Origin: an uncultured Bdellovibrionales bacterium
Lineage (GTDB): Bacteria > Patescibacteriota > Minisyncoccia > Moranbacterales > UBA2206
Direction of reading: 5' to 3'
NCBI GenBank assembly: GCA_964516165.1
Contig: CAZEYB010000002.1
Span: forward strand, 1-37,259
DNA length: 37,259 nt
Shown: piece by piece, positions 7,098 through 14,589 of the stretch
Numbering within the stretch: position 1 is the stretch's first letter
How the letters are laid out: the number at the start of each line of letters is the position of its first letter
Notes under the pieces: generated by a model
The model's database searches: none
Told to the model about the DNA's origin: nothing
The model's input: only the letters and a program-made list of their open reading frames with translations
Position numbers and translations under genes: made by a program

Positions 7098-8102
7098 ATG
7101 AAACCGGGATTTAAACTTCCCTTGGTTAACGCGCATACTCACGCGGCCATGATCGCTTTCCGCGGAATGGCGGAAGATCTCCCCCTGCGAAAGTGGTTAA
7201 ATGAGTGCGTTTGGCCGGCTGAAAAAAAATACGTAAACTCCGGCTTTGTATATGAAAAAACCAAAGAAGCTGTTTTGGAAATGAAAAAAAACGGAATCAG
7301 AGTCTTTTCAGACATGTATTTTTTTGAAGACCGAGTGGCCGAAGCGGCCAAAGAGCTCGGAATAAACGCGGTTGTTGGCGAGGGCATATTGGATTTTCCG
7401 ACACCCGGAGCAAAAACTCCCGAAGAAGCGTTTGAAATTACCGAAAAACTGCTGATCAAATATCCCGACGACCCGCTGATAAAAGTAGCGGTCGCTCCGC
7501 ATTCGATTTACGCGGTTTCGGAAAAAAATTTAATCAGAGCCAAGGGATTAGCTCAAAAATACCACGCTTTGTTTCACATTCACTTGGCTGAAACAAAAAC
7601 TGAATTTGACGAATGTCTGAAAAAAAACGGCTTAACCCCGACGGCTTATTTGAACAAGCTGGGAATTCTTGATGAAAAGTCCGTCCTGGCCCATTGCGTT
7701 TGGACAACGGATGCCGACATTGATATTCTAGCCGAAAAAAAAGCGAATGTGATTCATTGTCCTTTGAGCAATCTGAAACTAGGCTCGGGAATCGCGCCTC
7801 TAGGAAAAATGCTTGAAAGAAAAATTAATGTTTGTCTCGGGACAGACGGAGCCGCCAGTTCAAACAGGCTGGATATCTGGGAAGCCGGAAAATTCGCGGC
7901 TCTTATCCAAAAAGGGACAACTCTTGATTCAAGCAAAATTTCAACCAGAGATATCGCGAAGATGATGACAATAAACGGCCTTAAAGCCTTGGGCTTTTCT
8001 GAAATTGACGGCAGGAAAGTATCGGATATGGAAGAAGAAATAGAAAAAGGAAACTACAACTTCCTTTACGAATTAAACTCAAACGAGGTGGTTTTTAAAT
8101 AG
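7098..8102 (+). CDS. amidohydrolase-fold nucleoside deaminase, MtaD/DadD-like (5'-methylthioadenosine / S-adenosylhomocysteine / 5'-deoxyadenosine deaminase family), short form
   Basis: Motifs: LVNAHTHAAMIAFRGMAEDLPLRKWL (HxH), HIHLAETKTE (HxxE), LAHCVW and CLGTDGAASSNRLDIWE (metal Asp). At 334 aa, against ~430 typical, it starts directly at the HxH strand and so lacks the usual N-terminal beta-sandwich segment. Confidence 0.7.
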   Translation: MKPGFKLPLVNAHTHAAMIAFRGMAEDLPLRKWLNECVWPAEKKYVNSGFVYEKTKEAVLEMKKNGIRVFSDMYFFEDRVAEAAKELGINAVVGEGILDFPTPGAKTPEEAFEITEKLLIKYPDDPLIKVAVAPHSIYAVSEKNLIRAKGLAQKYHALFHIHLAETKTEFDECLKKNGLTPTAYLNKLGILDEKSVLAHCVWTTDADIDILAEKKANVIHCPLSNLKLGSGIAPLGKMLERKINVCLGTDGAASSNRLDIWEAGKFAALIQKGTTLDSSKISTRDIAKMMTINGLKALGFSEIDGRKVSDMEEEIEKGNYNFLYELNSNEVVFK

Positions 8103-8105
8103 ACG

Positions 8106-9236
8106 CTAAAAAGCTTCTTTTTTTCTGCCGTATAAAAACGCGTTCTTTTCGCCAAAACTGGGAATCATTTCGTCTTTTCGGGAAATATCCTTAAAACTTT
8201 TTTTAAGAATTTTTTCAAGGATAGAAACGGCGTCTAAACGCTTAGACGTTACTTTGGAAGCTCCCGCTTGCAGACTTATCCAGCCATTGTCATTCAAAGC
8301 GTCTTTGGATAAACCGATTATTTCTTTGTAAAATTTCCTAAAATCTTTCCGATCTTTTTTACGGACCGGATCATCCGTTAAATCGCAAACAATCCCATCG
8401 AATTTTCCATTCTTGTTAATAGTGTTCTTCAAATAATGAAAAGCGTCTTCAATATACAGCTGGACTCTGGGGTCTTTAAATATTCTCTGATCCAGATATT
8501 TTTCACATCCCTTGCATACCTCGACATCCAAATCGATAATCTTGATTTTTAAACTTGGATTTATTTTGAGCGCCATTTCGGCCACATAGCCATCCCCGCC
8601 TCCAAGTATCAATAACTTTTTGTCTGTTTTGCGCAACTTTTTCAATATGGCTTTGTCATAAACTTCATGATCCATTTCGGCAGTTTGCATTATGCCGTCA
8701 ATTACCAGACAGCGCCTGAAATCGGAAGTATCCAAAAATAAAATATCCTGAAAATCAGATTTGATTTTACCGATGATATTCTTCACTTTGATTCTCATTT
8801 CTTCTCCGGTGCTAAAAATCGGAATAGCCAGCTCGCATTTATCATTAATGATTTTCTGAAAATTAAAAAATTTATAACCGCGTTCGAGTTCCTTTATTTC
8901 GACTTTTTTGTGAAAAACCCGGCCTATCAAAAAATCGACCAGTTCTTTGGTTTTTTTGTACGGCGAGCAACTGAAAACATCGCAAGCCGCGTAATTATAT
9001 TCCGGCCAGGTATGCACGGAAACATGGGAAGACGCCAATAACAAAAAACCTGTTATTCCATTGGGATCAAAACGATAGAAACTGTCGCCGAGAACCGGCA
9101 AATTGAATTTTTTTGTTCCCCCTTTCAGTATATCTTTCCAGAAATTCATGTCGTCAATTTGCTTTTCATCGCAACCAAAAAACTCAATCAGAAAATGCAC
9201 TCCGTCAGGATGGCTGTTTTTGAGTATTTTTTTCAT
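8106..9236 (-). CDS. bifunctional S-adenosylmethionine decarboxylase (pyruvoyl, SpeH/SpeD class 1) / spermidine-synthase-like aminopropyltransferase fusion
   Basis: N-terminal region: GFLLLASSHVSVHTWPEYNYAACDVFSC (AdoMetDC processing and active-site region). C-terminal region: LLILGGGDGYVAEMALK..IKIIDLDVEV..DGIVCDLTD (SpeE-type SAM-fold motifs). The track's start at 9281 is a GTG. I prefer ATG 9236 (MKKILKN), which is preceded by GAAGG. Confidence 0.8.
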   Translation of the reverse strand: MKKILKNSHPDGVHFLIEFFGCDEKQIDDMNFWKDILKGGTKKFNLPVLGDSFYRFDPNGITGFLLLASSHVSVHTWPEYNYAACDVFSCSPYKKTKELVDFLIGRVFHKKVEIKELERGYKFFNFQKIINDKCELAIPIFSTGEEMRIKVKNIIGKIKSDFQDILFLDTSDFRRCLVIDGIMQTAEMDHEVYDKAILKKLRKTDKKLLILGGGDGYVAEMALKINPSLKIKIIDLDVEVCKGCEKYLDQRIFKDPRVQLYIEDAFHYLKNTINKNGKFDGIVCDLTDDPVRKKDRKDFRKFYKEIIGLSKDALNDNGWISLQAGASKVTSKRLDAVSILEKILKKSFKDISRKDEMIPSFGEKNAFLYGRKKEAF

Positions 9237-9348
9237 AAAAACCTTCGCGGTTATTTTATGCTTCGTATTTAATGATAGCACAGAATCGCAAATCCTGGTA
9301 GAAATAATGAGCTTCCTGAATTCAAACCCCGAAGCCTCTTTTTTTCTA

Positions 9349-9528
9349 TTATTTTGATCGACAGTCCTTAATCTCTATCCCGCCTTTAATCCTTTTGACT
9401 TTAACTTTTTGCTTTTCTCGCCAACCTAACTCTTTACGCATTTCAATGGGAATGGTAACCGCCAAACTGGTTTTTCCTACTTTGGTAATTTTTCGGATAT
9501 TTTTTTCTTCACTTTTTCTTGTTGTCAT
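9349..9528 (-). CDS. AbrB/MazE/SpoVT-type DNA-binding protein (59 aa), no partner toxin gene
   Basis: Below the ORF-track cutoff. My translation is MTTRKSEEKNIRKITKVGKTSLAVTIPIEMRKELGWREKQKVKVKRIKGGIEIKDCRSK*. The K-x-G-x-S-x-x-V-T-I-P-x-x-x-R-x-x-L-G pattern is the swapped-hairpin AbrB/SpoVT signature. Confidence 0.65.
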   Translation of the reverse strand: MTTRKSEEKNIRKITKVGKTSLAVTIPIEMRKELGWREKQKVKVKRIKGGIEIKDCRSK

Positions 9529-9632
9529 ATTTTTATTATAATACTTATCCCTGAAGTACAGCCAAGCTGACTACAGGGTAAATCTAATACGTATTATAAT
9601 ACTTACTTCCAATAAATGGGAGTTCCTTTTTC

Positions 9633-9732
9633 GCCGTTCGCGCGCGGGCGGGTCTGGAACAAGTAAATTTTTATTTTTAACTTCTGTCGTTTTTTTGTTC
9701 CGCCGCCCGCAAAATCCGCTCCGAAAAATGGG
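9633..9732. repeat. copy 2 of the ~100-nt local repeat family (partner at 1388-1487)
   Basis: Same orientation as copy 1. The stem position A/T in copy 1 (1406/1462) is G/C here (9651/9707), so pairing is preserved. Confidence 0.8.
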
Positions 9733-9827
9733 AAGGTTTGATTATGGCACGGGGTAGTGAAGGACGTTAGAACTATATTTTTGAAAAGGAAGGAATATAT
9801 TTATATTCCTGACTTTGCAAGATAAAC

Positions 9828-10457
9828 TTACTTCCTAGCAACAACTACCCAATTTACTCTGTCATTTAAATCCAACCTTAAACTGCTAAATTCAGAAAAT
9901 ATCTTTTCGATTTCTTCTTTATCAAAAAAGCTATGAGCCAAACCAGTTTCCGGTCCTGACAATGGAGAAAATGTTCCTTCTGCCAATTTTTTATTATTTT
10001 TAAATGTGTCCCAACTTTTAATATTGCTTATATCAGGCAAGGTAATGAAAACAAAACCACCAGGTAAAAGTGAATTATAAATTTTATTAATCAATTCACT
10101 GATATCTTTTTTTAAACCGTGATGGATGGAAGAAATTGAAAATACTAAATCATACGTATTGAATGGATAATCATATTTATAAATATCGGCATAAATTAGA
10201 TTGGCCCTGGATCCCAAAACTTTCCTGCTCATTTCTATGGCAGTTTCACTGGAATCGATACCATTTATTTCAAATCCTAGTTTTTGCAAATAAGCTAAAT
10301 AGCGACCATTACCGCAACCAATATCTAAAACATTCTTAGCAATAAAATTAGTATTTTTTACAAACTCCAAAAACTCTGGAAGCAAATCATACTTCAGACT
10401 TCCCCAAGGTTTTCCATCTTTCTTATAACTCTTGTATATTTTGTCCCAAATGGTCAT
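9828..10457 (-). CDS. class I SAM-dependent methyltransferase
   Basis: Motif I is VLDIGCGNGRYLAYL, followed by the acidic post-I residue (INGIDSS) and YDLVFSISSIHH. Substrate unknown. Confidence 0.85.
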   Translation of the reverse strand: MTIWDKIYKSYKKDGKPWGSLKYDLLPEFLEFVKNTNFIAKNVLDIGCGNGRYLAYLQKLGFEINGIDSSETAIEMSRKVLGSRANLIYADIYKYDYPFNTYDLVFSISSIHHGLKKDISELINKIYNSLLPGGFVFITLPDISNIKSWDTFKNNKKLAEGTFSPLSGPETGLAHSFFDKEEIEKIFSEFSSLRLDLNDRVNWVVVARK

Positions 10458-10638
10458 ACAAAATATTGTAGCAAATTATCAAATAAAAAACACTCTCTCG
10501 TGGAATGTTTCTTAAATTTGCACGGAACGCTAGATAACCTTCGGACAAATATACTGGAAAATTGGGAGTCGGTTGAGAATAATTTAGAGCGTGTAAAAGC
10601 TTTACTAAGACAAATTTAGGTAAAATATTATAAAAAAA

Positions 10639-10959
10639 TTACTTCCAAGTTCTTTTTTTGTTTATTTCCTCTTTTGCCCTAAAGGCCTGTTCCAAGTCGA
10701 TATCAAATCGATTGGCTATCGCGAAAAGATAAATCATAATATCCACTAACTCTTCGTCAACAGACCCGAACTTTGAATTATGATCAACTTTGAGCACTTT
10801 GTTTTTTTTCCTAATGGCCTTGAATAATTCCCCCACTTCCTCCGTCAAAAGCAAACACTTTGGAATAACTCCTTCTTTTTCAAAACCTCGTTCGATTTCC
10901 AGATCCTTAACGTATTCCTGAAAATCTTTTAAAATTGGCTGCTCTTTTAAAGTTGGCAT
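10639..10959 (-). CDS. MazG-like nucleoside triphosphate pyrophosphohydrolase (single-domain, 106 aa)
   Basis: LLLTEEVGELFKAIRK and VDEELVDIMIYLFAIANRFDIDLEQAF give the E-x-x-E ... E-x-x-D four-helix MazG motif arrangement. Confidence 0.8.
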   Translation of the reverse strand: MPTLKEQPILKDFQEYVKDLEIERGFEKEGVIPKCLLLTEEVGELFKAIRKKNKVLKVDHNSKFGSVDEELVDIMIYLFAIANRFDIDLEQAFRAKEEINKKRTWK

Positions 10960-11034
10960 ATTTTTAAATTATTTTATTATTTCCATAGTTAAGTTGATTT
11001 TCTTCAGTATATCACAAACAGCCACCTCGCCAAA

Positions 11035-11076
11035 TTTTAAAAAAGGCAGAGGGATTTTTCTAAAATCACCCCTGCC
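11035..11076 (-). terminator. intrinsic terminator after the radical SAM gene
   Basis: On the minus strand: GGCAGGGG, a 15-nt loop, CCCTCTGCC, then TTTTTTAAAATTT. It starts 10 nt after the stop at 11086. Confidence 0.65.
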
Positions 11077-11085
11077 CATATTCCA

Positions 11086-11997
11086 CTACGCCACAAAGAT
11101 ACTTTTTCCCAGATACTTGTTGTAATGATTTTGTTTGTAGGGATTTCTTGCCCAAACTTCCTTGATTGATTCTTCAATTAGATTGCCCAACAGCAAAACC
11201 TTATCATCTTGATCATAAACAGGCCAAGCGTAAGTGTTGCCATTAGGATAAACCAGCAACGAATATCCTTCCACATCCGGACCCCAAGTTGTCAGCGTGA
11301 TCCTTGGAGTCCAACCGAAAGCCTCTTTCGCTTTTTTTATTTCAGCAAAAAGAACTTCAGCCTCCTTAAAACTCAGATATTCGCTGTCGGGGAGATCAAG
11401 GGCATTTCCTTTCCGAACAGGCAGAATAAGCTTGAGTTTTTTAGCTTCCAGCAAATCTGCAATTTGACAGGTGAAAAGCACTGCATCTTTGGTGCTCGAT
11501 AACACCACACAAGAAAGAGAAATCGGTATTCCGTGTCTCTTGAAGGCTTGCACTCCTTTAATGATTTTGTCGTAGTCACCTCTTATTCTGGAAGTGATAT
11601 TTCTTGGTCCATCCAAGCCAATATTGACGAAATCTACCCGTTCCTTAATAATTTCCATCAATCTTGGGGTATAGATGACTGCGTTAGTCGGCAAGCCCAC
11701 AATGAAGTTTCCGTAAAACAAGTCGAAAATTTCAGGCAGGTCCTTTCTAAGAAGCGGCTCACCTCCAGAAAGATATATCCTTGGCACACCCAACAAATTA
11801 TTTCTCATTCGCTCAAGCTGTTCCAACGTTGAGTCGGGCATTTCCAAAGTTTCGCTACAAAAAACACACGAGAAATTGCAACGCCTAGTAATCTGAAGAA
11901 TCACAGATAAGGGTAATTCAATTGAAACGGATCCTCTGTAATTAACTTCAAATCGACACGAACTTTTGTTAAAACAAATTCTTTTTTGTATTTCCAT
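11086..11997 (-). CDS. radical SAM enzyme without a SPASM/twitch Cys cluster; substrate unknown, viperin-like size and layout
   Basis: ITRRCNFSCVFCSE (CX3CX2C), IYLSGGEPLL (GGE motif), LPTNAV, IGLDG. The protein is 303 aa with no C-terminal cysteine cluster. An AGGAGG sequence lies 5 nt upstream of the ATG. Confidence 0.85.
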   Translation of the reverse strand: MEIQKRICFNKSSCRFEVNYRGSVSIELPLSVILQITRRCNFSCVFCSETLEMPDSTLEQLERMRNNLLGVPRIYLSGGEPLLRKDLPEIFDLFYGNFIVGLPTNAVIYTPRLMEIIKERVDFVNIGLDGPRNITSRIRGDYDKIIKGVQAFKRHGIPISLSCVVLSSTKDAVLFTCQIADLLEAKKLKLILPVRKGNALDLPDSEYLSFKEAEVLFAEIKKAKEAFGWTPRITLTTWGPDVEGYSLLVYPNGNTYAWPVYDQDDKVLLLGNLIEESIKEVWARNPYKQNHYNKYLGKSIFVA

Positions 11998-12151
11998 GAC
12001 ATCCTCCTATTTTGATTGTTTTTTCATAAGAAAAGTTTGCTCGTTAAGTCGTCTTTTTAATTTTTCAAAGAACATTGAAGAATACCATACATATTAAAAA
12101 AGTCAACATAGCAAAATCGTTATCTCCAGTTCGATTCTCCCTGCCACTATC

Positions 12152-12177
12152 AAAAAACAAGGCTAGAATAAGCCTTG
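12152..12177 (-). terminator. intrinsic terminator after tRNA-Glu
   Basis: On the minus strand: AAGGCT-TATTCT-AGCCTT followed by GTTTTTT, about 10 nt past the tRNA 3' end. Confidence 0.7.
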
Positions 12178-12187
12178 AATTTGCCAG

Positions 12188-12260
12188 CACCGAGTACGGG
12201 AATCGAACCCGTGTTGCGAGAATGAGAATCTCGCGTCCTGAACCACTAGACGAACTCGGC
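12188..12260 (-). tRNA. tRNA-Glu (anticodon CUC), no encoded CCA
   Basis: The minus strand reads GCCGAGUUCGUCUAGUGGUUCAGGACGCGAGAUUCUCAUUCUCGCAACACGGGUUCGAUUCCCGUACUCGGUG. The D-arm UCGUCUAGUGGUUCAGGAC is typical of tRNA-Glu. The anticodon stem is CGAGA/UCUCG with loop UUCUCAU. The T-arm is ACGGG-UUCGAUU-CCCGU. Position 1-72 would be a G.U pair. Confidence 0.85.
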
Positions 12261-12390
12261 ATATTATATAATGTAATGTAGCAATAATAAAGTCGCTTAT
12301 CAAGTATCCAAGCTTTTTTTACTTATAACCTTTTTATTGTTATAATTATATCAACCTCCGCGTAAATTTGGCGCGGGGGTAAATCTGATT

Positions 12391-14496
12391 ATGTCAAGAA
12401 GTCGATCGGACAAAAAAATTTCCTATCTTGATTCCAGCTTCAAGGATATTTTGGTATGCAAAAAAAATGAGCGCCGGCCTTACATGGAAATTTTCATCCA
12501 AGAACCGGAAAATATCGGGGAGCAAAGCTTGGGAACTATCGCGGGAATTTTGGAAATTGTCGATGATTCCGAAGATTCCTCTTACATAGTCAATTACCTC
12601 ATTTCAATAATCAAAAAAGAATATTTTTCCAAAGTCAAACGAGGAGCCATTGAAAGCCTGGAAGGAGCTCTGCATAAAGTTAATTTGGCTTTGGCCAAGC
12701 TGGCCCAGCACGGAAATATCAATTGGATCGGAAAATTTAACGCTATCGTGCTGGTTATTGAAAAAAATAATATCCACTTGTCGCAAACCGGAAGCGCTAA
12801 AGCTTTGATGCTTAGAAAAAAGATTCTCACGGATATCAGCGAAAGCGCTCCATCAGGCGAAGAGCCTAATCCGCTCAAAACCTTTATCGACGTGCTCTCC
12901 GGAAGACTAGAGAATAATGACAAACTGATAATAACCACGGACAGCATCTTTGATATATTTTCTTTTGAAGAGATAAAAAGAAGCGCCCTTAAATTTTCTT
13001 CTTCCGATTTTATCCAGTTTCTGAAAACGGCTCTGGGAAACGAACTGGAAAAAGCGATGGTCCTGATAGTGGAAACTCAAGAAAAAAACAGAACAGTACT
13101 TCAGCCGGACGGAAAAACTAAAACTAAACTCAACGCTTTCAGCCAAACAACCTTTTCCAAAGTTTCCCGGAGAGCTTCGGTCCAGGAAGGAAAACGAAAA
13201 ATCGCCGAAGAACTCAAAGACGAACTCAAAAAAAGCCGCGGCGAATTTGTCGACCAAAAAACCGGGCATATCTATATAAAGGAGGACCGTTTCCTGAAAG
13301 AAGAGAAACGGGATTTATCCTTGCAGAGCATAACCGGCTTCTTATCCCAATTGATAAAATGGCCGAAAATATCTTTAAGAAGCCGGAAAAATTTGGAACG
13401 GGCTATCGTAGCTCGAGCGGAAGAAAAATTATTAGGCAGAGAAGAAATGCCAAAAGGCCTTTGGAATTCTATAAAAATCGGCTCCGAAAAAATTTATTTT
13501 ACGTTAATAAGGCTATTATCAAAAGTCCGCGGAATCGCTTTAAAAATCATGCCCCGAATTTCCCGGCTGAAAAACATAATTTCCGGATTGGATTATTCCC
13601 AAAAGCTTTATGCCGCCCTGGCGGTGATACTGCTTTTCATAGTTCCTTATTTCATCGTAAAAATCCAGAACAAGAGCGAAAACAGCGATTCAGTTTCGCC
13701 CGAAGCAACGGCTCCCGTTTTCGCGCCGCTGGAACAAGATAAAAATGTTTCTGTTATCACCGACTTAAGCCATGCCTATTCCGGCAGCGACATCATGGGA
13801 ATCGCGAATCTAAAAGACAGTTTTTTTACCGTAAGCCGGACAAAAATAACCGATCCAAAGAATAACAAAAGCTACCCGATGCCGGAAAACTTCATTCCGG
13901 CAAAAATAGCCGGCATGGATGACTTAAACCTGCTGTTTCTTCTGGGTGAAAATAATTCGCTTTTGAGCTGGAGCCCGCTTTCCGGAAAATTTCAGGAAAA
14001 TCAGCTGGTTATTCCGGAAAACTCCGCGTCGGTTTCCTTAAAAACTTACCTGACTTACCTTTATTTTCTGGATTCCAAAAATAATCAGATTTATCGTTAT
14101 CCGAGAGCGGAAGGCGGTTTTGGCGCCGGCGTCAATTGGATAAAAGAAAACATTGATCTTTCCCAAACTAAAGACCTAGCGGTCAGTGAGAACATTTATA
14201 TAGCCGGTCCCGGCCAAATTATCAAGCTTTACCGCGGCAAGAAACAGGATTTCGCCATAGAAAATACCGCCACGCCGATTAAAGCGGATAAGATTTATAC
14301 CATAAGAGACGGGCAATATATTTATGTTATGGATCAGACCAACGCCCGAATTATCAAACTAGACTTAAACGGCGCCATCGTTTCCCAATATTACAACGCC
14401 GAAATTAAAAACGCCGCGGATTTTACCGTGGACGAAACCGCGAACTTAATCTACTTTTCCACTTCCGACAGCGTAAAGAGTTTTGGGATTAATTAA
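12391..14496 (+). CDS. hypothetical membrane protein: ~400-aa cytoplasmic N-terminal region, one TM helix, ~280-aa C-terminal repeat-like extracytoplasmic domain
   Basis: 701-aa ORF with GGGGGT 10 nt upstream of the ATG. The TM segment is LYAALAVILLFIVPYFIV. The C-terminal part has recurring motifs (NQIYRYPRAEGGFG, QIIKLYRGK, ARIIKLDLNG, LIYFSTSD) suggestive of a beta-propeller. No function motif recognised. Confidence 0.6.
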   Translation: MSRSRSDKKISYLDSSFKDILVCKKNERRPYMEIFIQEPENIGEQSLGTIAGILEIVDDSEDSSYIVNYLISIIKKEYFSKVKRGAIESLEGALHKVNLALAKLAQHGNINWIGKFNAIVLVIEKNNIHLSQTGSAKALMLRKKILTDISESAPSGEEPNPLKTFIDVLSGRLENNDKLIITTDSIFDIFSFEEIKRSALKFSSSDFIQFLKTALGNELEKAMVLIVETQEKNRTVLQPDGKTKTKLNAFSQTTFSKVSRRASVQEGKRKIAEELKDELKKSRGEFVDQKTGHIYIKEDRFLKEEKRDLSLQSITGFLSQLIKWPKISLRSRKNLERAIVARAEEKLLGREEMPKGLWNSIKIGSEKIYFTLIRLLSKVRGIALKIMPRISRLKNIISGLDYSQKLYAALAVILLFIVPYFIVKIQNKSENSDSVSPEATAPVFAPLEQDKNVSVITDLSHAYSGSDIMGIANLKDSFFTVSRTKITDPKNNKSYPMPENFIPAKIAGMDDLNLLFLLGENNSLLSWSPLSGKFQENQLVIPENSASVSLKTYLTYLYFLDSKNNQIYRYPRAEGGFGAGVNWIKENIDLSQTKDLAVSENIYIAGPGQIIKLYRGKKQDFAIENTATPIKADKIYTIRDGQYIYVMDQTNARIIKLDLNGAIVSQYYNAEIKNAADFTVDETANLIYFSTSDSVKSFGIN

Positions 14497-14589
14497 AGAA
14501 ATTATCAAGACTGAACCTTGATAGACAGAGCACCTTGATAGAATTTAGAAAATCTATTGCAACAATGCCAAAATGGATAACTTTCTACA

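Noticed and set aside
10500-10619. A 39-codon frame (VECFLNLHGTLDNLRTNILENWESVENNLERVKALLRQI*) looks like the C-terminal helix of a HEPN/DUF86 (HepT) toxin.
   Set aside because: It is too short. The H-G..W spacing differs from the R-x4-6-H HEPN region as I remember it, and no upstream remnant or MntA partner is visible. It is possibly a relic, but the sequence alone does not support it.
12065-12281. ORFs of 65 aa (-) and 68 aa (+) overlap the tRNA-Glu locus.
   Set aside because: They overlap the tRNA gene, its terminator and the tRNA-like fragment. They have no coding features.
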